From a virus: a stretch of DNA of 64,000 nt. A model generated the notes under the pieces. The model saw only the letters and a list, made by a program, of their open reading frames with translations, did no database searches and was not told where the DNA came from. The position numbers and the translations under genes are program-made. The stretch is taken from IMG/VR virus record IMGVR_UViG_3300024339_000015; one strand, written 5' to 3'. This document shows, one piece after another, positions 51,234-60,283 of the stretch. Within the stretch, counting starts at the first letter, position 1, and the number at the start of each line of letters is the position of its first letter.

Positions 51234-51429
51234 ATAATAAACCGGAACAATATAATATGATACCTACATTAATCGGAGCTGTTATTTTGCAGACAGTTGG
51301 GGCTGTTGCCTCAATACTAGCAGAAGAACAGTATAGAAAAGCTAAAGGTAAAGGAAATAAAAAACATAAAAAAAAGAAAAGCTAAACCGATAATTAGGAA
51401 ACGTATGACGACGAGGACAAAAATATAAC

Positions 51430-51618
51430 ATGCAGTTTAAAATAAAATTGGAGACGGGAAAAAAAGGAAGTGAATCTAGAATTTTATTTGTTAGAGCTGA
51501 TAGCATAATTGGTGCTATGGATATATCAAATAAAGTTAGAGGTAGCAAGTTAAAAGAGATAACACCTATCACATATGAAGAGTATATGGCAGGTGTGCGT
51601 AAGAAATATGATAATTAA
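51430..51618 (+). CDS. Hypothetical protein
   Basis: ORF track, GAGGA RBS. Confidence 0.65.
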   Translation: MQFKIKLETGKKGSESRILFVRADSIIGAMDISNKVRGSKLKEITPITYEEYMAGVRKKYDN

Positions 51619-51630
51619 CCAGTAATATAA

Positions 51631-52353
51631 GTGAGACTCAGAGCATTTACTCAGAATAGCAAGACAATTCTTTCTGTAGATTTCTCTAGAACTACGTGCC
51701 CACAAGTATGTGAGTATTGTTACGTAGGAAACATGGAAAGAATATATCCAAGCTATAAAGAAAAAATAAAGAAAAATGCAAACTGGGCAACTGGAAACTA
51801 TGAAAACTTCTCGTCGCAATTAAATGACGAATACACATCAACAAGGAAAAGTAAAGCAAAAAAACTAAGACGGGTGAGTAAATTACCCGTTAGAATATAC
51901 GGCTCTGGAGATTTTATCCCAGAACATCTAATGTTTATGGAAAGATTAGACTTTAAGTTTTATGTAATTAGCAAGTCACTAACATCCAACTTTATGCATA
52001 AATACATAGATGAATTATTGAAAATGGATAATCTGACAAATTTAGTGTTGAGTTTCGACGCACAAAATTTAGATAATTATAATGGTATAAGTAAATTATA
52101 TGGTGACGATCGGATTTCATTCGCTTTTACTGGCATGGCAGACGAGTTTAAAGAAGTCAGACTTGACAAACAGTTCGATATATTTTTTAATATATCTAAT
52201 AAAAAAATCGAGAAAGAAAAATCAAAACTGTATAAGGAACAATGCCCATGTGATAGTGGAGCAATGGCCCATAACGAAAGTTGCTCTTTCTGCAACAAGT
52301 GTTGGAAGTCATCATTAACAAAAGACAAGGATTGGAATAAGGAACATATATGA
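51631..52353 (+). CDS. Gp88-like / radical-SAM-like Fe-S protein
   Basis: CPQVCEYC, VRIYGSGDF, C-terminal CPC...CSFCNKC. Confidence 0.65.
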   Translation: MRLRAFTQNSKTILSVDFSRTTCPQVCEYCYVGNMERIYPSYKEKIKKNANWATGNYENFSSQLNDEYTSTRKSKAKKLRRVSKLPVRIYGSGDFIPEHLMFMERLDFKFYVISKSLTSNFMHKYIDELLKMDNLTNLVLSFDAQNLDNYNGISKLYGDDRISFAFTGMADEFKEVRLDKQFDIFFNISNKKIEKEKSKLYKEQCPCDSGAMAHNESCSFCNKCWKSSLTKDKDWNKEHI

Positions 52354-52571
52354 GTTTACTAGGAAAAGAGTTAAGAACAGAACCCATCATTGATGAAATA
52401 GAAGTATTATATGATGAGTTTAAAAAGTTGTACAACGAAGTGCTGGTTAAAGGCGGTATAAAAAGATCTATCAAACTCAGAAGCACAGCAAGACAGCTTC
52501 AAATGGCGTTTAAATCATTTAGACCTGCCTCTGTGAGCGATACACGGGAGCACTTAGGAAGAATTAAGTAA
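52350..52571 (+). CDS. Small basic helical protein, weakly Hc1-like
   Basis: ORF track; ATGA overlap. Confidence 0.6.
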   Translation: MSLLGKELRTEPIIDEIEVLYDEFKKLYNEVLVKGGIKRSIKLRSTARQLQMAFKSFRPASVSDTREHLGRIK

Positions 52572-52575
52572 AAAA

Positions 52576-52789
52576 AATACACATAGTTTATCTATTATGT
52601 TAATAGCATAAAAAGACATACGATTCGTATATCAATGATACGTATACATTCCTTCTTAGGAACAAAGTCTGAAAAAATTAGAGGACCGCAGGAAAAAAAC
52701 TAACTATCCAGAAAAGATGCCTTCTGGATAGTACTATTTTTTTTCCACACGGACTCCTACTTTTTTGCAGTCCTCAAAGTATGTGTGTT
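52576..52789 (+). ncRNA. Retron msr/msd-like unit 1
   Basis: Arms AATACACATA / TATGTGTGTT, G52586 directly after the first arm, ATACG-ATT-CGTAT (52618-52630), long hairpin 52681-52775. Confidence 0.75.
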
Positions 52790-52795
52790 AGAAAC

Positions 52796-53129
52796 GATAA
52801 ATCTCGCAGTTTATCTATTAACACAAGTAGAGTTAGTGGAGCATATGTTTCGTATGCACATAACAATCAGCATTAACATGAAACGGTACAGCTAGAAGGA
52901 GGAAAGAAAAATCCCTCCTCCAATCTGTACCGGTACACATGTTAATGCTGCAGACAGCAAAGAGTATCCCGGAATTCCATCCGACTCTTCGTGGGCCCCA
53001 AGACTCTGGCGATCAGCTCACCAGCGGGCGCGCCCTTCATCGCCGCCGTCCCAGGATCTTCAGGCGTTTTCGAAACTGGGCCAGGTCAGGATTAGGTGAT
53101 CAGGAGAACATTTTTGCAGTGCGAGCTAT
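52796..53129 (+). ncRNA. Retron msr/msd-like unit 2 with GC-rich cargo
   Basis: Arms GATAAATCTCGCA / TGCGAGCTATC, G52809, AGTTTATCTATTA shared with unit 1, GCATATG-TTT-CGTATGC (52841-52857), hairpin 52868-52950 with a perfect 13-bp base. Confidence 0.72.
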
Positions 53130-53131
53130 CA

Positions 53132-53160
53132 TAAAAAAGGAACTAACCATTCCTTTTTTT
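53132..53160 (+). terminator. Intrinsic terminator closing the ncRNA pair
   Basis: AAAAAAGGAA...TTCCTTTTTTT. Confidence 0.7.
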
Positions 53161-53241
53161 TAACTTAAAAATTCTTTTTTTTAGTTTGAAATATGTTTAT
53201 ATTAAAGAGAGACTAAAATTAACTAAAAATCAAACTTATAA

Positions 53242-54549
53242 ATGAAGAAGAAAATTCTAGCATGGTGTGACTTTAATGTTCCTACTGGGTTTGCAAACGT
53301 AGCAAAAAATTTATTAGAAGACTTACATGAAGAGTATGAATTATCTATACTTGGGATTAACTACCACGGACATACTAAGTATGACACAAGTAAGTGGTTC
53401 GTATACTCCATAACAAATCAAGACCCACTAGGGGTACGACGACTACCTAAAATAGCTGCCGAAGAGAATCCTGATATCCTATTTTTATTCCAGGACATAT
53501 TTCATATATCAGACCATCTCGAGGAGCTGAAAAAAGCCTTACCAGAAAAAACAAAGATAGTAAGTTATTTCCCCATAGATGGGGGACCATTCTCTCTCGC
53601 ATGGGGGAATGTATTCTCCGGGTCAGACGCAGTTATTACTTACTCTGATTGGGCCATAAAGACTATAAAAGATACCTTTCCTAAAATAAATACTACAATT
53701 CATAAGTTATATCACGGAGTGAACATAGATACTTTTTATCCACATGCATACGGAAAGATAAAAAGTTTAAGAAAAGAGTGGGGATGGGAAGGTAAATTTG
53801 TTCTTTCTAATGTCAATAGATTCCAACCCAGAAAAGCAGTACCATTAAACCTTAGAGCTTACTCGTTATTTTCTAAAGGGTATAAGGAATGTAAGTGTGG
53901 TAATCATATGCCTATATCAAAGAAATCCTGTGACCTAAATATGTGTAAAAAAGAAGACATTATAAAAGTAGTAGAGCATGATAGAAACGACATATTTCTT
54001 TACTTACACATGATGCCTAAAGAATCTTCTATGGGGCCAGGAAGAGCTAATCTATTGCAGAATCACATACTAAATGCGGGATTCACAGATAAGGATGTCA
54101 ACAATATTATAGGAGTAAATGCAAACAATATTTATGGAGGCGGAGTAACGGAGGACATGGTAAATGATATTTACAATGCATCTAATATAAATGTTAGTTC
54201 TACTTTAGGAGAAGGTTGTGGGCTTAGTTTTTTAGAGTCAGCAGCTACAGGAACTCCTAGCATTGCCCCAAAGAACTCAGCTATCCCAGAGATGTTAAAC
54301 GGAACCGGAACATTAGTTAAAAATAATGCCATAATGAATCAAGCAATGGATAATGCTCATATGCGACCTATGGTTGATCCGTGGGAACTAGCATTAGCTT
54401 ACGAAAAAGAGTATAAAAGGTGGAAAAAGGAATGCCCAGATGGCGGGAAAGAGTTACGAAAAGATTGTACAAATAATATAGATACGAATTTTCTTTGGGA
54501 TGATAAGAAAGAAAAATTAAATAAAATATTTAAAGATGTATTAAAGTAG
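53242..54549 (+). CDS. GT-B (family 4-like) glycosyltransferase
   Basis: TGFANVA, LYHGVN, NVNRFQPRKA, GEGCGLSFLESAATGTP. Confidence 0.9.
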   Translation: MKKKILAWCDFNVPTGFANVAKNLLEDLHEEYELSILGINYHGHTKYDTSKWFVYSITNQDPLGVRRLPKIAAEENPDILFLFQDIFHISDHLEELKKALPEKTKIVSYFPIDGGPFSLAWGNVFSGSDAVITYSDWAIKTIKDTFPKINTTIHKLYHGVNIDTFYPHAYGKIKSLRKEWGWEGKFVLSNVNRFQPRKAVPLNLRAYSLFSKGYKECKCGNHMPISKKSCDLNMCKKEDIIKVVEHDRNDIFLYLHMMPKESSMGPGRANLLQNHILNAGFTDKDVNNIIGVNANNIYGGGVTEDMVNDIYNASNINVSSTLGEGCGLSFLESAATGTPSIAPKNSAIPEMLNGTGTLVKNNAIMNQAMDNAHMRPMVDPWELALAYEKEYKRWKKECPDGGKELRKDCTNNIDTNFLWDDKKEKLNKIFKDVLK

Positions 54550-54551
54550 TA

Positions 54552-54731
54552 CTACTCAAATTCTAGATACCAAACAGTTATCATTGCCTTCCCCAACTTA
54601 TCATAAGTAAATTCATCTCTTAAGATTTCACAGTTGGGGTTGTTCAAAATATCCTCGTATTGAGCTTTTTCTAGCTCGTCCTCTAACGAAAATTTTTTGA
54701 CATTAATTTTACCGTCCTCATTAAAGTTCAA
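54552..54731 (-). CDS. Small late protein (59 aa)
   Basis: Manually translated from TTG after GAGG: MNFNEDGKINVKKFSLEDE... Confidence 0.65.
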   Translation of the reverse strand: MNFNEDGKINVKKFSLEDELEKAQYEDILNNPNCEILRDEFTYDKLGKAMITVWYLEFE

Positions 54732-54936
54732 TAGGAACTACCTCAAGCTTATCTAGGTCATCACTATCATTTATCACGTCAGGATCATAGTCTAGCTCTT
54801 CTCACCTATCACCCTCCCCATTATAATAGTTAGAAACTTTTTCTAATCCTTTATCATCTGTACATAAAATTTTAGTTATTTTACCTGTGGAAGTATTTTT
54901 AAAAACTTTATACGTTCCATATTTTGTCATAGACAT
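54721..54936 (-). CDS. Small late protein, 71 aa via TGA 54802-54804
   Basis: TAATG-coupled to the portal gene; ...LEKVSNYYNGEGDR*EELDY... Confidence 0.7.
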
Positions 54937-56801
54937 TATACATTCCCTCTGGTTTGTCCCTTCTGTTTTTCAGAGTCATCCTGCACTCGCTGTGTTTCTG
55001 ACTGTTGGTTGTTCTGGGACTGATTACTAATATTTTTAGCTGCTTGTTCAGCTTGCTGTTGCTGTATCATCATAATCTGGTTCATTCTTTCCGTAACTAA
55101 GCCGTACGTAATTGGCATATCTGCTGCCATTTTTTGTAACCTTTGTTTCTGTTGAGCTTGTGGCAACCCAAGCAATTCGTACGAATACCTCTCAATTAAT
55201 TGAGCAGGATCAGCTGGTATTCCTTGGTTCTCTCTTGCGAGTTCTTCCCCAAATAGTTCAGCTTTCAGTCTTGTTTGCTCACTTTGAGCTGCTTGCTGAG
55301 CCCGAACATTGTACCTAGCAATAGTTATACCTGCCTTACCTTGTGCCTCGGCCGCAGCTATTTGTCTATTAGATTGCTGTTCGTTCATTATAGACTGGGT
55401 TTTTTGTAGGGCCTCTTGCTCTGCGGCATAGTTGTACCCAAACTCATCCAGTAACCTAGCATCACTAATCTTACCGGTTTGGTTTAAATTAATAGCTAAC
55501 TGTTTTGCAGAAGCATCGTCAGCCATTTTAAACTTTTTAAAGTGTACCTTTACCTTAGGATAACTTAATATTTTATTTATTTTTGTAAGTACAAAGTGAT
55601 TTAAAAAATCAGTTAGTAGCTCCCTATACGTAAGAAAATGGTTCTCAACAATACGTAACGATACGCTAGAACTTGTCCAAGAGCCACCACCTTTAATAAA
55701 CTCTACTGGAACACCTAAACTATTTATTATACTTTCTTCTAAAAATCGCATCTCTGGAGTTAGCAATAACGCTCTAGCATTACCACCTAACTCTTGGTAA
55801 CCGATAGGGATAGGAAAAACACCAATATGGTTTGGGTCTTTTTTCCACTTTTTAATTTGGTCCTCCATTTGTCCTTTCCATTTACCGAGATTCATTTGTG
55901 TGAACGGATCAAGTGTAGTTGTATTAGCAGGATGAATAGCTTTTTTTGGAACAATATGCTCATTAGCAATTGCTTCATTACCACGTCTTAAGGTTTGTAA
56001 GTAATAAATTTCTTTTAGAGCAGGCAGTATAATTGGCTTGCCCCATCCCATATCTTCTTCTGCAAGAGTAGGTCTTTTAAAATGATAAAAATTAGACTGG
56101 TCTAATTCAATTTTCTTTCTTTTCTTTAGTGACTTAAGAAAAATAGCCGGAACACCTTTTAATATAGTTTTATTTCCTGATATAATTTGACTCTTAATCT
56201 TAGGTGGTATACTATAAAAGTAAGTAGATTTTCCAGTTATAGGATTAAATTCAATATCAATATTTTCTGGAGACCATCTCACTAGATCAAAGTTATCTAT
56301 AGACTTAAAGTACTCGTCTTCTACTGACATCATTATTTCTCCAGCACCACAAGAATCACATTTTCCATGGAATTGGAATTTTTTTAGCTTAAAGTTCTTT
56401 ATGTTATCAATTAAGTCTGTATTGCCGCAACTAGAGCACTTTAAAAAACGTCTAAAGCCTACTGAAGCGGATATAAAAGCGTTGCCGTAAGTAAAATAGT
56501 CTAACCCTATGCTTATCAAAAAACTTTTAATTTTTAGTTTATCATGTAAAGCAGTGTCATACTTATCCCTAGTTGCTGAATCAATACTATTTTCATATAA
56601 AATATCAGTGATAGGGTATTCAGTAAGCTTTGTAATTATATTATTTAAGAACCCATTAGTATAAAAGAATGTTCTACAATACTTAAATAAAGTCTTTATA
56701 TTTTTTGGTATAAAATTTCTAGCTAAATCGAAAAAAGGGTTCGGGTATTTATTACCCGTCGTGCTTGTTATATCAGCATCTGAGATTGGTCTTACTGGCA
56801 T
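54936..56801 (-). CDS. Portal protein
   Basis: Size, LVRWSPENI...FYHFK...WGKPII, head-gene context, Gln-rich tail. Confidence 0.75.
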   Translation of the reverse strand: MPVRPISDADITSTTGNKYPNPFFDLARNFIPKNIKTLFKYCRTFFYTNGFLNNIITKLTEYPITDILYENSIDSATRDKYDTALHDKLKIKSFLISIGLDYFTYGNAFISASVGFRRFLKCSSCGNTDLIDNIKNFKLKKFQFHGKCDSCGAGEIMMSVEDEYFKSIDNFDLVRWSPENIDIEFNPITGKSTYFYSIPPKIKSQIISGNKTILKGVPAIFLKSLKKRKKIELDQSNFYHFKRPTLAEEDMGWGKPIILPALKEIYYLQTLRRGNEAIANEHIVPKKAIHPANTTTLDPFTQMNLGKWKGQMEDQIKKWKKDPNHIGVFPIPIGYQELGGNARALLLTPEMRFLEESIINSLGVPVEFIKGGGSWTSSSVSLRIVENHFLTYRELLTDFLNHFVLTKINKILSYPKVKVHFKKFKMADDASAKQLAINLNQTGKISDARLLDEFGYNYAAEQEALQKTQSIMNEQQSNRQIAAAEAQGKAGITIARYNVRAQQAAQSEQTRLKAELFGEELARENQGIPADPAQLIERYSYELLGLPQAQQKQRLQKMAADMPITYGLVTERMNQIMMIQQQQAEQAAKNISNQSQNNQQSETQRVQDDSEKQKGQTRGNV

Positions 56802-56822
56802 GTTGTTTCTCCCTAGTAATGT

Positions 56823-57305
56823 TTAAACTAGATACTCTCGTATCTTTAAATACCTCATGGCTTGTATACCTAAGTAATCTTCATTTAAAGGGAACGGTCC
56901 TTTCTCTGCAAGACTCTTTACCTGTTCGTAATCTCTATTAGGTTCTATTCCGACGTTAGGTGGATAAAACATGTACCCACGATCATTAAAAATATATTTT
57001 ATATACATTTTAACTTCATGAGAAAGTTTAAATTCGGGATAAATTTGTTTTATCTTATCTATTGCTTTCCACACTAACTCAGGAGTAGAACCCTCACGTT
57101 TACCGATGTCAGGGCTAATTCCATTTAAAACTAAGACTACATTTTCGAATACATCCATGTCTAAGTAAGGTGCTTTTGAGTGAAGTAGTAAGTGTTTCAC
57201 TTGTAAAAGTTGTCTTTCTTTGTCTGTCATTCTCGGATCCAAACTCATAAGAGTTTCTGGTTCCAGTACTTCCCTGTTTTCAAGTGTCTGTTCTAAGTTA
57301 TTCAT
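56823..57305 (-). CDS. Hypothetical head-region protein
   Basis: ORF track. Confidence 0.7.
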   Translation of the reverse strand: MNNLEQTLENREVLEPETLMSLDPRMTDKERQLLQVKHLLLHSKAPYLDMDVFENVVLVLNGISPDIGKREGSTPELVWKAIDKIKQIYPEFKLSHEVKMYIKYIFNDRGYMFYPPNVGIEPNRDYEQVKSLAEKGPFPLNEDYLGIQAMRYLKIREYLV

Positions 57306-57654
57306 TGCTTTCTAAAATTGGGTCAGTAGTGCCTATATGTTTATCAAGAAACTTTTTATAAATTGGGTTCATTGTGAGAGCTATTGCCATAGCAGGAGCT
57401 ATCTTTAAAGCTTTTAATCCTATACCGCTGTAATGTTTTTTAAAAAAGTTTTTTCTAACTGAATTGCCCACATTCCTTGCTCCCTCTACCTGTTTATTTG
57501 TGATAGATGCATCTAGAGGGTAAAGAATCGGAAGACTTGATATACCAGCTAAGCCTCCAGCTACTAAACTTTTTACTGGGTCGGGCAGGCTAAATCTTTT
57601 TTCTTTTTTGCCTTCGGCATACTTTACTAACATAAAAGAATGGTCAACGTTCAC
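57298..57654 (-). CDS. Protein resembling one mitochondrial-carrier (SLC25) repeat
   Basis: LVAGGLAGISSLPILYPLD...YSG...LKIAPAMAI...YKKFL. Confidence 0.55.
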   Translation of the reverse strand: MNVDHSFMLVKYAEGKKEKRFSLPDPVKSLVAGGLAGISSLPILYPLDASITNKQVEGARNVGNSVRKNFFKKHYSGIGLKALKIAPAMAIALTMNPIYKKFLDKHIGTTDPILESNE

Positions 57655-58649
57655 TATTCATCCTCCAGAGCAGCGTCCATAAAACACCCTCTTGCCACGG
57701 CTGTTAAAGGCTCCTCTACCAGCTTTATCTCACTAATATTAATAGGAAATTCCTTTTGATTAAATTGAGCTTTAAATACTTCGATAAACCCTTTAATCAT
57801 AGACGTACCTCCACCTATCACTATTGGCACTGCCTCTGGAAAATGAGGCATAGCTTCGTTTATTTCAAATTGATTAGCAATATTATCTAAGAGGTATTTA
57901 ATTAATACCTGATAATAACTTCTAATTGCGTGTACCTCTCGTTCATTGTCTTCATCATAAATTGTATTATCTGATAAGTCTATTTTATTAGATTCTTTTA
58001 TAAATTGAGCTTTAGCTAGAGGTATTCCAGTATCTAAAGAGACGTGTTGATCTATAAAATCTCCACCCCTACTAACACTAAAAGTTAGTGCAACCAATCC
58101 TTGGTACATTATAGCGATATTAGCCATTCCTGCGCCCATTGATATTGATATCCCCGTTAGATTATTATTATTATCAGATAGTCCAGCATATCCTAAAGCT
58201 TCTGCTTCTTTTATAGACCTAGCTTTGTACCCTATACTTTCAATCATGGTTGATAAAACATCTTCGTGATAGTCCACTAACGTTTCTTTATCTATTGGCT
58301 TAGATGGTACACAATAAACACATACTTCTCCGTCTTCAGAAGGTTTCCCCAGTAGTGAGGAAATAATTTCCCGTAAAACCGGTAAGGCGTCCCTTTCAGA
58401 TGGGTTTAATAGTCCCTTAGACATAGGCCTCTTTAAATCCTTATTACCAAATATTTGTGCATAGTCATAAGCGCTCTTGCCAATAACATGCAATCTTTTA
58501 TTAATCTCAACAAACGGCACATTTAATCGTTTTAGTGACTTAATAGTAGTCGGGCTTTTATCTATTGTTAAAAAAGCATTTCGTTGTATTTTTACACCGT
58601 CCTCTGATGCAGCTACGTAATTCCCTGTCCCACAATCTAATCCTTTCAT
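57654..58649 (-). CDS. Actin-fold ATPase (MreB/ParM/FtsA-like)
   Basis: GLDCGT phosphate-1, SMGAG phosphate-2, IVIGGGTS adenosine motif. Confidence 0.85.
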   Translation of the reverse strand: MKGLDCGTGNYVAASEDGVKIQRNAFLTIDKSPTTIKSLKRLNVPFVEINKRLHVIGKSAYDYAQIFGNKDLKRPMSKGLLNPSERDALPVLREIISSLLGKPSEDGEVCVYCVPSKPIDKETLVDYHEDVLSTMIESIGYKARSIKEAEALGYAGLSDNNNNLTGISISMGAGMANIAIMYQGLVALTFSVSRGGDFIDQHVSLDTGIPLAKAQFIKESNKIDLSDNTIYDEDNEREVHAIRSYYQVLIKYLLDNIANQFEINEAMPHFPEAVPIVIGGGTSMIKGFIEVFKAQFNQKEFPINISEIKLVEEPLTAVARGCFMDAALEDE

Positions 58650-58652
58650 AAA

Positions 58653-59204
58653 TTATTTACCTTTCATTTTTTTTAAATCTTTTAAAGCCTTTTTTATGTC
58701 TACCCTACTTTTTTCAAGTTTAATATCCATACTACTAGTAGTGGCCTTTTCTATGTAAGGGTTTGACCCTTTCTTTATGTCTATATGTTTTGGTACAGAA
58801 TACTTACGTACATCAACTTCCTTAGAAGTACTCGATGTTTTTTTGTCACTACTTACCACACTATTTACTACTATCGGAGAATTAGTACTTTTTTTAAACC
58901 AAAATGCTGCTATGAAAATTGATAGCAATACTAATAAAATCCTGAATTCTACTACGTAATAATATATAGGGTTTTGCACTGTTTCTATTGGAATAAGTAT
59001 TTCATCCCCAGGAAATATTTTATCGGGATTAATTCCTAAGGATTCTTTGTTTAAATGGTAAACACTACTTCAAGAAACTCCGTAAATTTCAGATATTTTA
59101 CTAACAGATTCACCGCTTCTTACTGTGTGCTGTTTAGCTCTAATATAATCAGTACCAAACAAAAACGACGTTACCAGCAGTAAGTATACTAATAACCTTT
59201 TCAT
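58653..59204 (-). CDS. Signal peptide + LysM + TM protein, 183 aa via TGA 59070-59072
   Basis: Manually translated: HTVRSGESVSKISEIYGVS*SSVYHLNKESLGINPDKIFPGDEILIP, in frame with 58653..58979. Confidence 0.88.
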
Positions 59205-59206
59205 TT

Positions 59207-60280
59207 TTATAGTCTGGAAGTGATTTCTTCTCTAATAGGCTTTGGCAAAGAAGCTAATATGTCTAAACCCTCTTCACCCCGTAACTCAGGTATAATATCA
59301 TTTCCAACTAGTGGAGTAAGTTCTGAATCAGGAATACTCCTTAGCTGTTCATGGGTAACTGTAGTACCGTCGACATCAATAGAAGCAACTTTAGGTAAGT
59401 CTAGAGTGGCCATTAACGGGTCCTCTATACCCTTACCATAAGTACCCGTTAGGGATGCTTCTTTGTCTAACTCATACATAGTTAATGCAGAAACAATAGC
59501 ACCTTTACTGTCAGCTTCCTTTAGTAAATTATCATACTTAGAACTTAATTCATCCTCATTATCTTTTAAATAGCTCTTCCTAATTTGAACATGGTTATAG
59601 AATTCAGTATTAAATATTTCTGAGTCTAAACTAGCATACTTTTCAACTGCAGTCTTATTTAGGAATACCTCGTTTAAACTAGCTGCTTTCTGTAAATTAG
59701 ATATAAACTCTAATTTCTTATCAACAGGCATTTTATAGTGATTTTTCTCGAAGTAAGATGCTGCTTTTTTTATGTTAATTGGTGTGTCAATAGGGTATCT
59801 TTCTTCCTTCTCCCATGCGTATAGGGAAGGAGACACTTCTTGGTTACCAACTTTATTTACAAAGTCAGCTTCATTTATATCTCTAATGTCAAAAACATTG
59901 TCTATATAATCTTCTGATGCGTACTTAGAAAGTCCGTCTGGAGTTTGTAATTTATGTGAAGCAGCTGCTCTTGTTAAGTTAGCTGCTGCAACTTTAATAA
60001 CTTCTTCTGGTAATGTATCTAAAGATTCAGATAGAAAAGCCATGTTCAGCTCTACAAGCTCCGGAGTGTACATAGCAAATTTATTTAATTTACCTGTTCT
60101 GGGATGCCATAAAACTAAAGCGAAGTCTCGTTCGTTTTTTGTCTGCTGCTCTTCATAGCTTGGAATATGCGCTGTTTTCACGCTATCTGACAATCCTTCA
60201 ACTATGCTTGCAAGTTTTTCTATCTCATTTGCCATGATATAGTCAACAACATCCAAGTTCATACTTGCAATTTTATTCAT
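59207..60280 (-). CDS. Head/scaffold-like structural protein rich in K-x-A motifs
   Basis: NKIAS, EKLAS, VKTA, IKVAA, SKYAS, NKTA, EKYAS, PKVAS. Confidence 0.7.
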   Translation of the reverse strand: MNKIASMNLDVVDYIMANEIEKLASIVEGLSDSVKTAHIPSYEEQQTKNERDFALVLWHPRTGKLNKFAMYTPELVELNMAFLSESLDTLPEEVIKVAAANLTRAAASHKLQTPDGLSKYASEDYIDNVFDIRDINEADFVNKVGNQEVSPSLYAWEKEERYPIDTPINIKKAASYFEKNHYKMPVDKKLEFISNLQKAASLNEVFLNKTAVEKYASLDSEIFNTEFYNHVQIRKSYLKDNEDELSSKYDNLLKEADSKGAIVSALTMYELDKEASLTGTYGKGIEDPLMATLDLPKVASIDVDGTTVTHEQLRSIPDSELTPLVGNDIIPELRGEEGLDILASLPKPIREEITSRL

Positions 60281-60283
60281 TTG

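Noticed and set aside
15065-52571. Whole genome or host uses code 4
   Set aside because: Nine plus-strand ATGA stop/start overlaps need TGA to terminate, and I found no plus-strand gene convincingly interrupted by TGA.
52939-53163. 74-aa ORF in the track
   Set aside because: No RBS, composition unlike phage genes, and it lies within paired arms of retron-like unit 2.
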